Of a stretch of 64,000 nucleotides of DNA, positions 28,382 through 38,425 are shown piece after piece. The notes under the pieces were generated by a model. The model did not search any database. It was not told the DNA's origin and saw only the letters and a list, made by a program, of their open reading frames with translations. The position numbers were made by a program, and so were the translations under genes. The number at the start of each line of letters is the position of its first letter. The first letter of the stretch is position 1. The DNA comes from Parcubacteria group bacterium (GTDB lineage: Bacteria; Patescibacteriota; Microgenomatia; UBA1400; PJMF01), in the NCBI GenBank assembly GCA_943350175.1, contig CALQZX010000002.1, positions 66,061-130,060 of the forward strand. The letters run 5' to 3'.

Positions 28382-28990
28382 TTGGCTTTAACTGGATTGA
28401 TAGCTTTTTTACTTTGGTTGTTTTTAGTTTTATTGCCGGTCGTTTTTGTAGAAATTAAATATCAGTTTAAGTCTTTTTTTCAATCAATCGGTTTTAGTGA
28501 TTTGAAATCAGTCTTTGTTCCCAATTTTTCTGAAATGACTATTGTGGGAAATGCTTCAAAAAATAAAGATTATGGAATAATTATTCCCAAGCTTGGCTTG
28601 GATGAAAAAGTAATCTTCAATGTTGATCCAAATAATGAAGATCAATATCGAGCAGCTTTAAAAATGGGCATAGCCCATGCTTCTAGTACCAGTTATCCAG
28701 ACGAAAATGGCCTTGGCTATTATTTTGCTCACTCATCTAGTCCAGGATTCAAAACTCAATACAACGCTGTTTTTTATCTTTTGGACAAGCTTGAGGAAGG
28801 TGATGCTGTTTATATTTGGAATGAACGAAAAAGATATCATTATCTAGTTAGTGAGAAAATGATTAAAGAACCATCAGACACTGCTTTTCTTTATCAATCT
28901 TATGATAGCGAGACAATTGTTTTGCAAACTTGCTGGCCACCTGGAACAACCCAAAAGAGGCTCCTGATTTTTGCCAAAAGAGTTAATTGA
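28382..28990 (+). CDS. sortase-family transpeptidase
   Basis: 202 aa, TTG start. N-terminal TM anchor, conserved His (YFAHSS), TLxTC-type catalytic motif (IVLQTCWPPG) and a downstream Arg. Confidence 0.7.
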   Translation: MALTGLIAFLLWLFLVLLPVVFVEIKYQFKSFFQSIGFSDLKSVFVPNFSEMTIVGNASKNKDYGIIIPKLGLDEKVIFNVDPNNEDQYRAALKMGIAHASSTSYPDENGLGYYFAHSSSPGFKTQYNAVFYLLDKLEEGDAVYIWNERKRYHYLVSEKMIKEPSDTAFLYQSYDSETIVLQTCWPPGTTQKRLLIFAKRVN

Positions 28991-29085
28991 TGGCCTTCAT
29001 TAATAGTTTGCTTTTTTATTTTTTTTTGTTAATATTGAAATTGAGTACAAATTGATTTCAATACTAGTCTAATAAAGGAGAATTT

Positions 29086-29685
29086 ATGGCAGATTTAAGC
29101 GATCTTTTAGTTTCAAAAGTAAGAGTGAAGATGCTCGAACTTTTTTTTGAAAAACCTGGTGAAATGTTCTATGTCAGAGAAATCACTCGCTTGGTCAAAG
29201 AAGAAATCAATGCCGTGCGTCGAGAACTAGATAGAATGCTTGAGTGTGGATTGCTCAAAAGTGAACAACGCACCAATCGTCTCTATTATTTCCTCAATAA
29301 AAAATATTTATATTTCCAAGAATTGCAAAGAATTGTCATTAAAACGACAGGCATTGGTAAAAAAATTCGCAAGTACAGACGTAAGCTTGGCAATGTTGCT
29401 TATGTAGTTTTTACTGGAGCCTTCATTAATCAACAAAAATTGAATAAGGATGAGCTAGATGTCTTAGTAGTTGGTGACATCGTTTTGCCTGAATTGGAAG
29501 CTTTGATTAAGGGAGAAGAGAAAGCTTTTGGTCGAGAAATTAATTACGCTGTTTTGGAAAGTGAAGAATTTGAATTCCGTAAAGCTCGTCGCGATCCATT
29601 TATTATGGAGGTGATGTATGGAGCTAGAGTAATGGTTATAGGAGACGAATTGGAGTTCTGTCATCGCGAGTTGCCAACAATGTAG
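29086..29685 (+). CDS. winged-helix transcriptional regulator with C-terminal nucleotidyltransferase-like domain
   Basis: 199 aa. N-terminal wHTH (…YVREITRLVKEEINAVRRELDRMLECGLLK…). Inverted and direct AAATTGA repeats in its upstream region. Confidence 0.45.
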   Translation: MADLSDLLVSKVRVKMLELFFEKPGEMFYVREITRLVKEEINAVRRELDRMLECGLLKSEQRTNRLYYFLNKKYLYFQELQRIVIKTTGIGKKIRKYRRKLGNVAYVVFTGAFINQQKLNKDELDVLVVGDIVLPELEALIKGEEKAFGREINYAVLESEEFEFRKARRDPFIMEVMYGARVMVIGDELEFCHRELPTM

Positions 29686-29712
29686 TTTTTTGTTAGAGTA
29701 AGAAGTTATTTT

Positions 29713-31086
29713 ATGAAAAGCAAATCATTAGCTAAGCCTTTATTTTTGATTTTTTTCTTGACCATCATTGCTGGTTTTATAGCTCTGCCAGATAAAATTG
29801 GCAGTTTTAATAAACCGGTTTTAGATTTTTATTTCTTAGGCAATCACGTCTATAAAAATTATCAGCTACGCAAAGGCTTGGATATTCAAGGTGGCATGCA
29901 AGTCACTCTTGAAGCCGAGATGGACAATATTGCTGCTGAAGATAAAATGACTGCTCTAGAATCTGCCAGAGAAGTTATTGCCAAAAGAGTTGATCTTTAT
30001 GGCATTAGTGAAGCTTCCATTCAAACTTCTCAAAAAGAAGATAAATATCGTTTAATCATTGAATTACCAGGTGTTTCCAACCCTAAAGAAGCCTTGGAGT
30101 TGGTTGGCAGCACTGCACAACTAGAATTTAAATTACAAAAGCAATTGACGGAAGAGCAAGCTGCTCAAGCGACTGTGTCTGCTGCTGTTTGGCTCGATTC
30201 ATTTACAGATACAGGACTGACTGGCAAGCAACTTAAGAGATCTTTGGCTCAATTAAATCCTCAAACCGCCAGTCCAGAAATTTCTTTGGAAATGAACGCT
30301 GAGGGTCGAGATTTGTTTGCTGATGTGACTAAGAAAAATGTAAATGAAGTTTTAGCTATTTTCATTGATGGTGTGCCAATTATGACTCCAGTGATTTCTA
30401 CTCCAATTCTTGATGGCAGGGCAGTGATTAGTGGCAGTTTTACCATTGATGAGGCCAAAAAGATTGCCATTCAATTAAACGCTGGAGCTTTGCCAGTTAA
30501 TATTAAAATTTTGGAACAAAAAACCATTGGGGCTAGTTTGGGCGATGAATCCATCCAAAAGAGCGTCGTTGCTGGTTTGGCTGGTCTTGGGTTAGTTTTG
30601 CTTTTCATGATTCTTTATTATGGCTGGCTAGGAGTAATTGCTAGTGTTTCTCTAATAATTTATGCCATCCTCACAATCGCCATTTATAAAGTCTGGGGTG
30701 TAGTTTTAACTCTGCCAGGCATCGCTGGTTTGATTCTGACTATTGGCATGGCTGTTGATTCCAATATTTTAATTTTTGAAAGAATGAAGGAGGAGCTCCG
30801 AGTTGGTCATCCATACGCAAGAGCTATGGAGCTAGGTTTTGGTCGCGCTTGGGATAGTATTAAAGACGCCAATACGGCTTCTATCTTCACTGCTTTGGTT
30901 TTAATCAATCCTTTGAATTTTTCTTTTCTCAACACAAGTGGTTTGGTCAAGGGATTTGGTCTGACTTTTCTACTCGGTACTTTATTAAGTTTATTTACTG
31001 GCATGGTGGTCAGTCGTTTGTTGCTTCGAGTTTTTGTTCCTCTTTTAGGAAGACAGAAAAATCAAAATCAAGGAAATAAATCATGA
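29713..31086 (+). CDS. secD: protein translocase subunit SecD
   Basis: 457 aa. Periplasmic domain plus a 6-TM SecD/SecF core (…GLDIQGGMQV…). Confidence 0.85.
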   Translation: MKSKSLAKPLFLIFFLTIIAGFIALPDKIGSFNKPVLDFYFLGNHVYKNYQLRKGLDIQGGMQVTLEAEMDNIAAEDKMTALESAREVIAKRVDLYGISEASIQTSQKEDKYRLIIELPGVSNPKEALELVGSTAQLEFKLQKQLTEEQAAQATVSAAVWLDSFTDTGLTGKQLKRSLAQLNPQTASPEISLEMNAEGRDLFADVTKKNVNEVLAIFIDGVPIMTPVISTPILDGRAVISGSFTIDEAKKIAIQLNAGALPVNIKILEQKTIGASLGDESIQKSVVAGLAGLGLVLLFMILYYGWLGVIASVSLIIYAILTIAIYKVWGVVLTLPGIAGLILTIGMAVDSNILIFERMKEELRVGHPYARAMELGFGRAWDSIKDANTASIFTALVLINPLNFSFLNTSGLVKGFGLTFLLGTLLSLFTGMVVSRLLLRVFVPLLGRQKNQNQGNKS

Positions 31087-31967
31087 ATTTAATGAAGTTT
31101 AAAAAAATTTATTTTTTCATTTCTTCTTTTGTAATTATCCCAGGCCTAATCTCTTTGCTTTTATTTGGTCTAAAGCCAGCGATTGATTTTACTGGAGGAT
31201 CGGTGGTGGAGCTGCACTTTTTAGATCAAGAAAAATTTGCCAACTATTCAGAACAAAATCTTAAAGATAGCTTATCTGGTCTCTACGAAATCGATACCAT
31301 TCAAAATTCTGGTGAACAAAAAATAACCCTCAAGGGAAAAGAAATTAGCAACCAAGAAAAAGATAATGCTGTGACCAAGCTTGCTGAAAGTTATGGCCAA
31401 ATAGATGTTTTGCGTTTTGAAACAATCGGACCAATTTTGGGTGCAGAACTTTTAAAAAAGACTTTGACAGCTATTCTTTTGGTTGCTAGTATCATTACTT
31501 TCTTTGTGTGGAAGCAATTTGATGAGCTCAAATACGGTCTTTGTGCTGTTCTAGCGATGCTACACGATTCTTTGGTTTTAATCGGCTCATTTAGTCTTCT
31601 GGGCCATTTCTTTAATGTTGAAGTAGATGTTTTGTTTGTTACGGCTTTGTTGACGACTCTGTCTTTTTCTGTGCATGACACGATTGTGGTTTATGATCGC
31701 ATTAGAGAATTGAAGCGCAAGCATGCTCGTTATTCTTTTGATCAAATCGCCAATGCTGCTGTTTGGGAAACCCTTGGTCGTTCTATTAATAACTCCATGA
31801 CTATTATCATTATGCTTTTAGCCTTGGCAATTTTGGGTGGTGCCAGCATTCACTGGTTTGTTATGGCTTTGTTGATCGGATCGATTACCGGAACTTATTC
31901 AAGCACTTTTGTGGCTGTGCCACTTTTGACTGTTTGGGATAAAGTTTTCACCAAGAAAAAAGCCTGA
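31083..31967 (+). CDS. secF: protein translocase subunit SecF
   Basis: 294 aa. 4-nt overlap with secD, SecF-type TM core. Confidence 0.85.
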   Translation: MNLMKFKKIYFFISSFVIIPGLISLLLFGLKPAIDFTGGSVVELHFLDQEKFANYSEQNLKDSLSGLYEIDTIQNSGEQKITLKGKEISNQEKDNAVTKLAESYGQIDVLRFETIGPILGAELLKKTLTAILLVASIITFFVWKQFDELKYGLCAVLAMLHDSLVLIGSFSLLGHFFNVEVDVLFVTALLTTLSFSVHDTIVVYDRIRELKRKHARYSFDQIANAAVWETLGRSINNSMTIIIMLLALAILGGASIHWFVMALLIGSITGTYSSTFVAVPLLTVWDKVFTKKKA

Positions 31968-33554
31968 TTAAGGAATCAATTTCTGAGCTTCTTTTATTAA
32001 TGTTTCTTTGTTGTTTAATTCTGAATCATCTAGAACCATCTCCAGAAGTTTATCAAGAATTTCTCCAAGAATTGGTCCTGGTTTGAGAGATAGCTCACTC
32101 ATTAGATCGTTGCCGTTAATGGCGAGATCATCCAATCCCATGGGTTGATTAAGTTGCTCGATAATTCTTTGCTTCATTTCTTCCAAACGCCAGCTAGTTT
32201 TTTTGGCACCACTGCCTAAGCGATCGCCTTCGCGCAGGTCGAGAATATCGTCAATATTATCAAAGCCAACTCGACGAATAAAACGACGGATGGAAGCATC
32301 GCTATGATGCTCTTGGTAATGGAACATGTGATAGCGGACTAGAATGAAGATTCTTTGGACGTCCTTTTTTGGCAAACGTAGGCGATTGGCAATTTGACTG
32401 GCAATTCTGGAGCCTAAAATGTCATGGCTATAAAAAGTAATTTCTTCATTTTCCTCTTTATATGATGGGGGTTTGCCAATGTCGTGAAGCAGTGTGGCCA
32501 AGCGAACAATTGGATCTTTGGATGGACAAAATCTTAGCGCATCTAAACTATGAGTCCAAACATCAGTGATGTGATGACCTCTCTGTTGCATGCCCATGCC
32601 AGCATATAACTCTGGAACAATGCTTTCCAAGAGCTCTGCCTGATCGAGTAATTCAATGCCTTTGGCTGGCTGATCGCTTGAGATGATTTTAAGGAATTCG
32701 TCTCTAACTCTTTCAGCACTGACAAATTTAAGTAGTTCTTTATGAAATCTGATGGCGAAGTAAGTGTCGGTTTCAATGTCCATGTTCAATTGGACCGCTA
32801 GACGGATGGCTCTGAGCATGCGCAAGGCGTCTTCGTTAAATCTCTGATCAGCTTTACCGACAGTACGAATGATTCTTTTTTCGATATCTTCTTTGCCATT
32901 GTGAAGATCAATAAGTTTAAAATTCTCCTCATCAATTTGATAAGATGTCTCTAGTTTTTTATCTGCAAAGATTTTTTCTAAGTAGTTTTCATTGATTGAA
33001 ATCGCCAAAGCGTTGATAGTAAAGTCTCTTCTCTCCAAGTCCTCTTCAATGCTTTTGCCAAAGTCGACGCTTTCTGGACGGCGATGATCTAAATATTCGC
33101 CATCGCTACGATAAGTGGTCATTTCAAAAGGAGGTAGAGTTTTTTTTACTTCTTTAACCTCCTCATTATCAAGAGAAGCGGCTTTTTCTTTGAGTGAAAT
33201 ATGGATTTTTTTGGCGTTTTTCAGATCAATGATACGATTTTCTTTGACTTCTTCTTTTTCGCCAAAGTCCACGAGGGTTTTTTCTGGTAATTGAGCAATT
33301 CTTGCTATTTCTTCGATTAAATTCTCGTGAGTAACGCTGACAGTACCAAATTTATTTTCATAAAAACTATCAGCAAAGACTTTTTGAATTTCACTTGGGG
33401 AAGCATTGGTGGTGAAATCAAAATCCTTGACTTCATTTGGTTTGAAATTCATAACCAAATCACGCACAGCGCCGCCAACGAGAAAACCTTCAAAGCCATT
33501 TTTATGGAATTGGTTGAGGATATATAAAACTTCAAATGGTAAATTTAAGGTCAT
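31968..33554 (-). CDS. cca: CCA-adding tRNA nucleotidyltransferase with HD domain (contains ~60-aa K/E-rich insertion)
   Basis: 528 aa. GGAVRDLV, DFDFTT, TYRSDGEY.DHRRP head-domain motifs. HD-domain HDIGKP in the C-terminal half. Confidence 0.8.
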   Translation of the reverse strand: MTLNLPFEVLYILNQFHKNGFEGFLVGGAVRDLVMNFKPNEVKDFDFTTNASPSEIQKVFADSFYENKFGTVSVTHENLIEEIARIAQLPEKTLVDFGEKEEVKENRIIDLKNAKKIHISLKEKAASLDNEEVKEVKKTLPPFEMTTYRSDGEYLDHRRPESVDFGKSIEEDLERRDFTINALAISINENYLEKIFADKKLETSYQIDEENFKLIDLHNGKEDIEKRIIRTVGKADQRFNEDALRMLRAIRLAVQLNMDIETDTYFAIRFHKELLKFVSAERVRDEFLKIISSDQPAKGIELLDQAELLESIVPELYAGMGMQQRGHHITDVWTHSLDALRFCPSKDPIVRLATLLHDIGKPPSYKEENEEITFYSHDILGSRIASQIANRLRLPKKDVQRIFILVRYHMFHYQEHHSDASIRRFIRRVGFDNIDDILDLREGDRLGSGAKKTSWRLEEMKQRIIEQLNQPMGLDDLAINGNDLMSELSLKPGPILGEILDKLLEMVLDDSELNNKETLIKEAQKLIP

Positions 33555-33571
33555 AGCCTTATTATAGGGCT

Positions 33572-35230
33572 ATGAAATGGCACATTCAATCGACAAGTAA
33601 CCCAAAAAATCTAGAGGAACTTAAGCAGGTTCTTTTGTCCAATAGAAATATTGATGATGAACAAAGTTTTTTCAAGGGAATTTCTCCCTTTAAAATTACT
33701 TTGGAAGAGTTGGGCTTCGATTCTATTGAATTAGATAAAATTAAAAAACGCCTCAAGATTGCCAAAGAAAAAAAGCAGAAAATTATTATCTTTGGTGATT
33801 ACGATGCTGACGGAATTAGCGCCACAGCAGTTTTGTGGCAAGCCATGAATGCTCTTGGATATAACGTTTTGCCATTTATACCTAATCGTCTCAAACATGG
33901 TTATGGTTTGTCGGTCAAAGCTCTGAATGACTTATTAGCAGAACACAATGATCTTTCATTAGTAATTACCGTCGATAATGGTATTGTTGCTCATCCGGCT
34001 TTTAAATTCCTGAAAGAAAGAGGGATTGACGTCATTGTTACAGATCATCACCAAAAAGATGATCAGGAACCAGACGTTTTGGCACTTTTTTATTCACCCA
34101 AGGTTTGTGGCTGTGCTGTGGCATGGTTTTTGGCGAGAGAATTAAGTGATGCTGCTGCATCCACTGCAGCACAAAAAAAGTTATTAATTGAATTACTGGC
34201 TTTCGTAGCTATCGCTACTGTGACTGACTTAATGCCTTTACTCTCAATTAATCGTTTTTTATTGATGTATGGCTTAGTTGTGCTCCGATCAAATGTCAAT
34301 CTTGGTCTGAAAAACTTATTTGCTTTGGCCAAAATTGATTCAGATAGAATCGATGCTTACACTCTTGGTTTTCAAATTGGACCACGCATTAATGCCATGG
34401 GTCGTTTAGCGGATGGTATGGATGCTTTGCGTTTGCTCTGTACCAAAGATAAAACCAAGGCGGCCACGCTAAGTAATTTGCTTCACGAAACGAATGAAGA
34501 TCGTCAAAATTTGACTTTTGATTTGACCAAACAAGCAGAAGAACTTGTTGCTAAGGAAACTCAAGAAAAAATCATCATTCTAAGCTCACCAAGTTATCAC
34601 GAGGGGATTATTGGCTTGATTGCTGGCAAGATGACAGAGAAATTTTCCAAGCCGAGTATCGTCATTAGTGAAGGTCCTCAAACTTCCAAAGCATCGGCTC
34701 GTTCTTTACCTGGTTTTAATATTACTGAATTCATTCGTTTATTTAAAAAAGATTTATTGGAGGTGGGCGGACATCCTTTGGCAGCTGGTTTTGCTTTGGA
34801 AACAGAAAAAATTGAGTTGGTCAAAAAACTAATGCAGGCTAAAGCCAGAGAAATGCTTGCGAATCAAAACTTAGAGAAAATTCTTGAGATCGACGCTGTT
34901 TTAGAAAATAGTCTATTAACTCTTGAAGCAACTAAACTAATAAACACTTTTGCTCCTTTTGGTCTGGCCAATGCTAAGCCAGTTTTTGTTTTGAAAAACA
35001 TGCTTTTGAAAAACTACAAAACTCTTGGTAGAGAAGAGCAACATTTGAAGCTGATAGTTGCTTTTGAAGGTGAAACTAAGGAATATGAAGTTTTGGCTTG
35101 GGGTCGAGCAGCTCTAGCTTCGCAGTTTAATTTAAACGATAGAATAGATTTAGCAATTTCTCTAGATATAAACACTTACCGTGGAGTTGATAAATTGCAG
35201 CTGATTCTCAAGGACATAAAGAAAGTTTAG
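33572..35230 (+). CDS. recJ: single-stranded-DNA-specific exonuclease RecJ
   Basis: 552 aa. DHH motifs (IIIFGDYDADGISA, VITVDNG, TDHH) and a DHHA1 domain. Confidence 0.85.
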   Translation: MKWHIQSTSNPKNLEELKQVLLSNRNIDDEQSFFKGISPFKITLEELGFDSIELDKIKKRLKIAKEKKQKIIIFGDYDADGISATAVLWQAMNALGYNVLPFIPNRLKHGYGLSVKALNDLLAEHNDLSLVITVDNGIVAHPAFKFLKERGIDVIVTDHHQKDDQEPDVLALFYSPKVCGCAVAWFLARELSDAAASTAAQKKLLIELLAFVAIATVTDLMPLLSINRFLLMYGLVVLRSNVNLGLKNLFALAKIDSDRIDAYTLGFQIGPRINAMGRLADGMDALRLLCTKDKTKAATLSNLLHETNEDRQNLTFDLTKQAEELVAKETQEKIIILSSPSYHEGIIGLIAGKMTEKFSKPSIVISEGPQTSKASARSLPGFNITEFIRLFKKDLLEVGGHPLAAGFALETEKIELVKKLMQAKAREMLANQNLEKILEIDAVLENSLLTLEATKLINTFAPFGLANAKPVFVLKNMLLKNYKTLGREEQHLKLIVAFEGETKEYEVLAWGRAALASQFNLNDRIDLAISLDINTYRGVDKLQLILKDIKKV

Positions 35231-35284
35231 TTTAATTTGTCCTCCGTTTTCACTTCGGACATTCCCTCGTTGAAACTCAGTCGA

Positions 35285-35320
35285 AAAACCGCAGGTTTTT
35301 AGGCCTGCGGTTTTTCTTTT
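35285..35320. terminator. bidirectional intrinsic terminator between recJ and the convergent dsbA-like gene
   Basis: CCGCAGG-(8 nt)-CCTGCGG hairpin flanked by A5 and T5-C-T5. Confidence 0.6.
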
Positions 35321-35336
35321 TAAAACTTATCTGGTT

Positions 35337-36170
35337 TTAGAGATGTTTCTCTAACATGGCTTCAACCTGTTCAAGAGGTAAAGCTCCTGGGATTAATTCA
35401 ATGCCACCTTTTTTACTAATGATGACTGTTCCTGGAGTACCAGTGATGCCAGCTTTAGTGCCACTAGCCTGAGAATCTTTTACTTTAGTTGCCATTTCTT
35501 TGCTATCGATACAAGCTTTGACTTTGTTTCGATCTGCACCAGCAACAGCAGCTAAACTAAGAACCATTTCTTCGCTGACTTTTTTATTGGTTGGGTCAGT
35601 GCCGAAAATGGTGCCATCGTTCATTTTGGTGTAAACACTGTCGCTAAATTTCCAGAAAGCGTCTTGCGAACCATATGTGTTCACACATTCGCTAGCTTGA
35701 GCCAGAGGCTCAGCATTTGGATGAAAAGAGAGTGGGTAATGTCTATAGACCCAAACTAATTTATCACTGTACTTGGCCATCAAATCGACCATAGTTGGAT
35801 GAAATTTATTACAATAAGGACACTCAAAATCTGAGTATTCAATCAGGGTCACTTTGGCGTCTTTGTTGCCACGGAAGTGATCTGTTTTTGGATCAAATAA
35901 GGCAATGGTTTCTAATTTCTTTTGTGCTGCAGCGGCTGCGGCAGCATCGCCACCAGCGGTGTCTGCAACTCCGTTACCAGCACCATTTCTAAGCATTCTG
36001 TTTTCTGTCCAGAGTGATCCACTTAAAAATCCAAGGACAAATGCCATGACCAGCAAGATAATTAATGAAAAATTAGCATTAATGAAACCGCTAAAAGCTT
36101 GGAAGGAAAACCTGTCTACTGCTTTTGAGACTACGACTGTCTTTTCCTTTTGTTGAATTTTTTTAACCAT
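35337..36170 (-). CDS. DsbA-family thiol:disulfide oxidoreductase, membrane anchored
   Basis: 277 aa. TM anchor and thioredoxin-fold active site CPYC (…FECPYCNKFH…). Confidence 0.7.
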   Translation of the reverse strand: MVKKIQQKEKTVVVSKAVDRFSFQAFSGFINANFSLIILLVMAFVLGFLSGSLWTENRMLRNGAGNGVADTAGGDAAAAAAAQKKLETIALFDPKTDHFRGNKDAKVTLIEYSDFECPYCNKFHPTMVDLMAKYSDKLVWVYRHYPLSFHPNAEPLAQASECVNTYGSQDAFWKFSDSVYTKMNDGTIFGTDPTNKKVSEEMVLSLAAVAGADRNKVKACIDSKEMATKVKDSQASGTKAGITGTPGTVIISKKGGIELIPGALPLEQVEAMLEKHL

Positions 36171-36199
36171 GAGTTCTTCCTTTAATTAGTTGTTATTTT

Positions 36200-37030
36200 T
36201 TGACTCCACAGTTTAATTGCGAAGCTTGTACTACAATATGCATTATTATGCAGAAATTTACAAGCAGAATATTGAGTGTTTATGAAAAGAACCAGTTACT
36301 TAAGTATAGTTTGAAGGAAGCCGAACTGCTTACAAAAGGTGAATTGCCTGTTGAGTATTTTACCGGCTTTGTAAATTTTAAAAACTTAGATTTAAAAGTT
36401 AATCAAAATGTTTTAATTCCTAGAGTTGAAACTGAAGAATTGGTTGATCTATTAATCAATTTTGCCATTTCTGTTGATGAGTCATTTTCCTATTTAGAAG
36501 TTGGAACTGGCAGTGGAGCGATCAGTGCTGCTTTTTTTGATTTTTTGCTGAAAACAAAAAAAATACAATTTGAAGAGTTAATGATCACTGATGTTTCCAA
36601 TGAGGCTTTAAATTTAGCTAAAGAAAACTTCACTTCGCTTTTTGGTGCCTCAGCACTTTCTAAAATTAGATTTTTGAAAAATGATTTGTTGGATAATTTT
36701 CCCAAAAAAAGATTTAACATGATTGTGGCTAATCTGCCATATATTCCTTCAAGTAAAATTGAAACTTTGGATCCGAGCGTTAAAGATCATGAGCCATTAT
36801 TGGCGCTAGATGGTGGAGAAACTGGTTTTGAATTAATAAATAAGATGCTTGAACAGATTTTGAATCAAGATTTATTAGTGGAAGATGGGAAAATTTTTCT
36901 AGAAGTTTACGAAACTCACAATCTTCGATTTATTGAAAAAAGATTTAGGAAGATTTATGAAAATTTTTCTATTTTGGAGATTAAAGACCAATTTGAAAGA
37001 CAACGTTTCTTAATTTTGCAAAAGATCTAG
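36200..37030 (+). CDS. prmC: peptide-chain-release-factor glutamine N5-methyltransferase PrmC/HemK
   Basis: LIPRVETEELVD, motif I VGTGSGAIS and NPPY-type motif IV (ANLPYIP). The start could be the internal ATG at 36248. Confidence 0.7.
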   Translation: MTPQFNCEACTTICIIMQKFTSRILSVYEKNQLLKYSLKEAELLTKGELPVEYFTGFVNFKNLDLKVNQNVLIPRVETEELVDLLINFAISVDESFSYLEVGTGSGAISAAFFDFLLKTKKIQFEELMITDVSNEALNLAKENFTSLFGASALSKIRFLKNDLLDNFPKKRFNMIVANLPYIPSSKIETLDPSVKDHEPLLALDGGETGFELINKMLEQILNQDLLVEDGKIFLEVYETHNLRFIEKRFRKIYENFSILEIKDQFERQRFLILQKI

Positions 37031-38133
37031 TTTTGTAGAAGCGCTAAATATTGTTTGGCAATTTTTTCAATTTTATATTTTTCTTCAAATTTTTCTTTAG
37101 CATTTCTGGCTAATTTTTCTTGTAGATTTTTATCTTTTAGTAGCTTGATGATGGAATTTGCCAAATCAAGATAATCGCCATCTTTAGCCAAAAGAGCGCT
37201 CTCACCATTGCTAATTAATTCATTGCCTGGCGCGCGATCAAAAGCAACAATTGGTTTTTGAAGAGCCATTGCCTCGATAATTGTTAGGCCAAAACCCTCC
37301 AATGGCCAAACTGATGGACAAAGAACTATTTCACTTTGTTCTATTAAATCTTGTTTGTTTTTTACATACTTTAGAAATTTAATTTGAGAATCATTGTTGC
37401 TTGATTTTTTTAATTCTTGTTCAAAACTTCCTTGTCCCACAATTAGTAATTCTGCATCCTTGAATTCTTTTTTGACAAAAGCAAAAGCTTTAATGGTCAG
37501 ATCTTGGCCTTTGCCTTTTTCTAACCTAGAAACCACGATGAGGCTGTTTTTTTTGATTTTATTTTGTAGATTGAGGGTCGGCGACTTAGATCCGCAGGGA
37601 ATCAAAACCATTTTATTATCTTCAAAGATATTTTTTAAAGATAGCTTGGTGTTTTCGGAGGGGACGATTACTTTTTTGGCAAAATTTTTGCTAATGTAAT
37701 AGAGAAATTTAGGAATGCCATAAAGTTTATTAAAGATTGGTGAGAGTGGTCCATATTCAATGAAAAAAACTGGCAAATTAAATAATCTAGCCATTGGGGT
37801 AACAATAATTTTTTCTGAAAAACCAGAGCAAATTATGACTTGTTCGTCTGTTCTTTTTTTGATTTTAAATAAAGTTTTTAAATAATAAATTTTGGCCAAA
37901 GGAGTTAATAGAAGACTTTTTAAAAGGCCTTTGCGGTTGCCAGCAAAATCTAAATAAATAGGAATTTTCTCTACATTAATGTTTTGATGCTCGGTTAAGC
38001 TTTTTAGTAAAAAATCATTACTGGTGTATAGAAAAACTTGATTTCCAACTCTAGCGATTTCCAAAAGAAGGTCGTGGGCAAATTTTTCAGCACCACCAAA
38101 ATCCTTGCTTTGCAAAAAGAAATTAATTGTCAT
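37027..38133 (-). CDS. glycosyltransferase family 4
   Basis: 368 aa. GT-B fold with the EGFGLTIIEAMALQKPIVA (E-x7-E) signature. Confidence 0.75.
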   Translation of the reverse strand: MTINFFLQSKDFGGAEKFAHDLLLEIARVGNQVFLYTSNDFLLKSLTEHQNINVEKIPIYLDFAGNRKGLLKSLLLTPLAKIYYLKTLFKIKKRTDEQVIICSGFSEKIIVTPMARLFNLPVFFIEYGPLSPIFNKLYGIPKFLYYISKNFAKKVIVPSENTKLSLKNIFEDNKMVLIPCGSKSPTLNLQNKIKKNSLIVVSRLEKGKGQDLTIKAFAFVKKEFKDAELLIVGQGSFEQELKKSSNNDSQIKFLKYVKNKQDLIEQSEIVLCPSVWPLEGFGLTIIEAMALQKPIVAFDRAPGNELISNGESALLAKDGDYLDLANSIIKLLKDKNLQEKLARNAKEKFEEKYKIEKIAKQYLALLQN

Positions 38134-38378
38134 TTTTTCTCAATTTGAATGATAATTTCGTTTAAATCTTTTGGTAAGCTATCGATCATTTTTTTCATAG
38201 CTGGGCCGAAAAGTGGAATCAAAATGTATGCCGCCAAAGCCAAAAAAATAATATTAAAAAACCAAGAGCCAATACTGCGAGCGATTCCGGCTAGAAAATT
38301 TTTCTTAAAAATTGCCCAATTACTTATGTTGTATAAGTTTTCAGTTTCTTCGCCGCTTATGTTTAGTTTTTTCTTCAT
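38130..38378 (-). CDS. small membrane protein
   Basis: 82 aa, one TM helix, 4-nt overlap with the downstream GT4 gene. Confidence 0.4.
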   Translation of the reverse strand: MKKKLNISGEETENLYNISNWAIFKKNFLAGIARSIGSWFFNIIFLALAAYILIPLFGPAMKKMIDSLPKDLNEIIIQIEKK

Positions 38379-38425
38379 TTGTTCATTCTAGCTTTTTTAA
38401 TTCTTTTTGGCTACAATTCTCTTTT

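Noticed and set aside
38312-38425. Upstream 38 codons of the tracked pflB ORF ([12 protein letters not shown]…)
   Set aside because: Cys/Phe-rich and not PFL-like; overlaps the divergent promoter and small-gene region. The conserved PFL N-terminus begins at the ATG at 38426.
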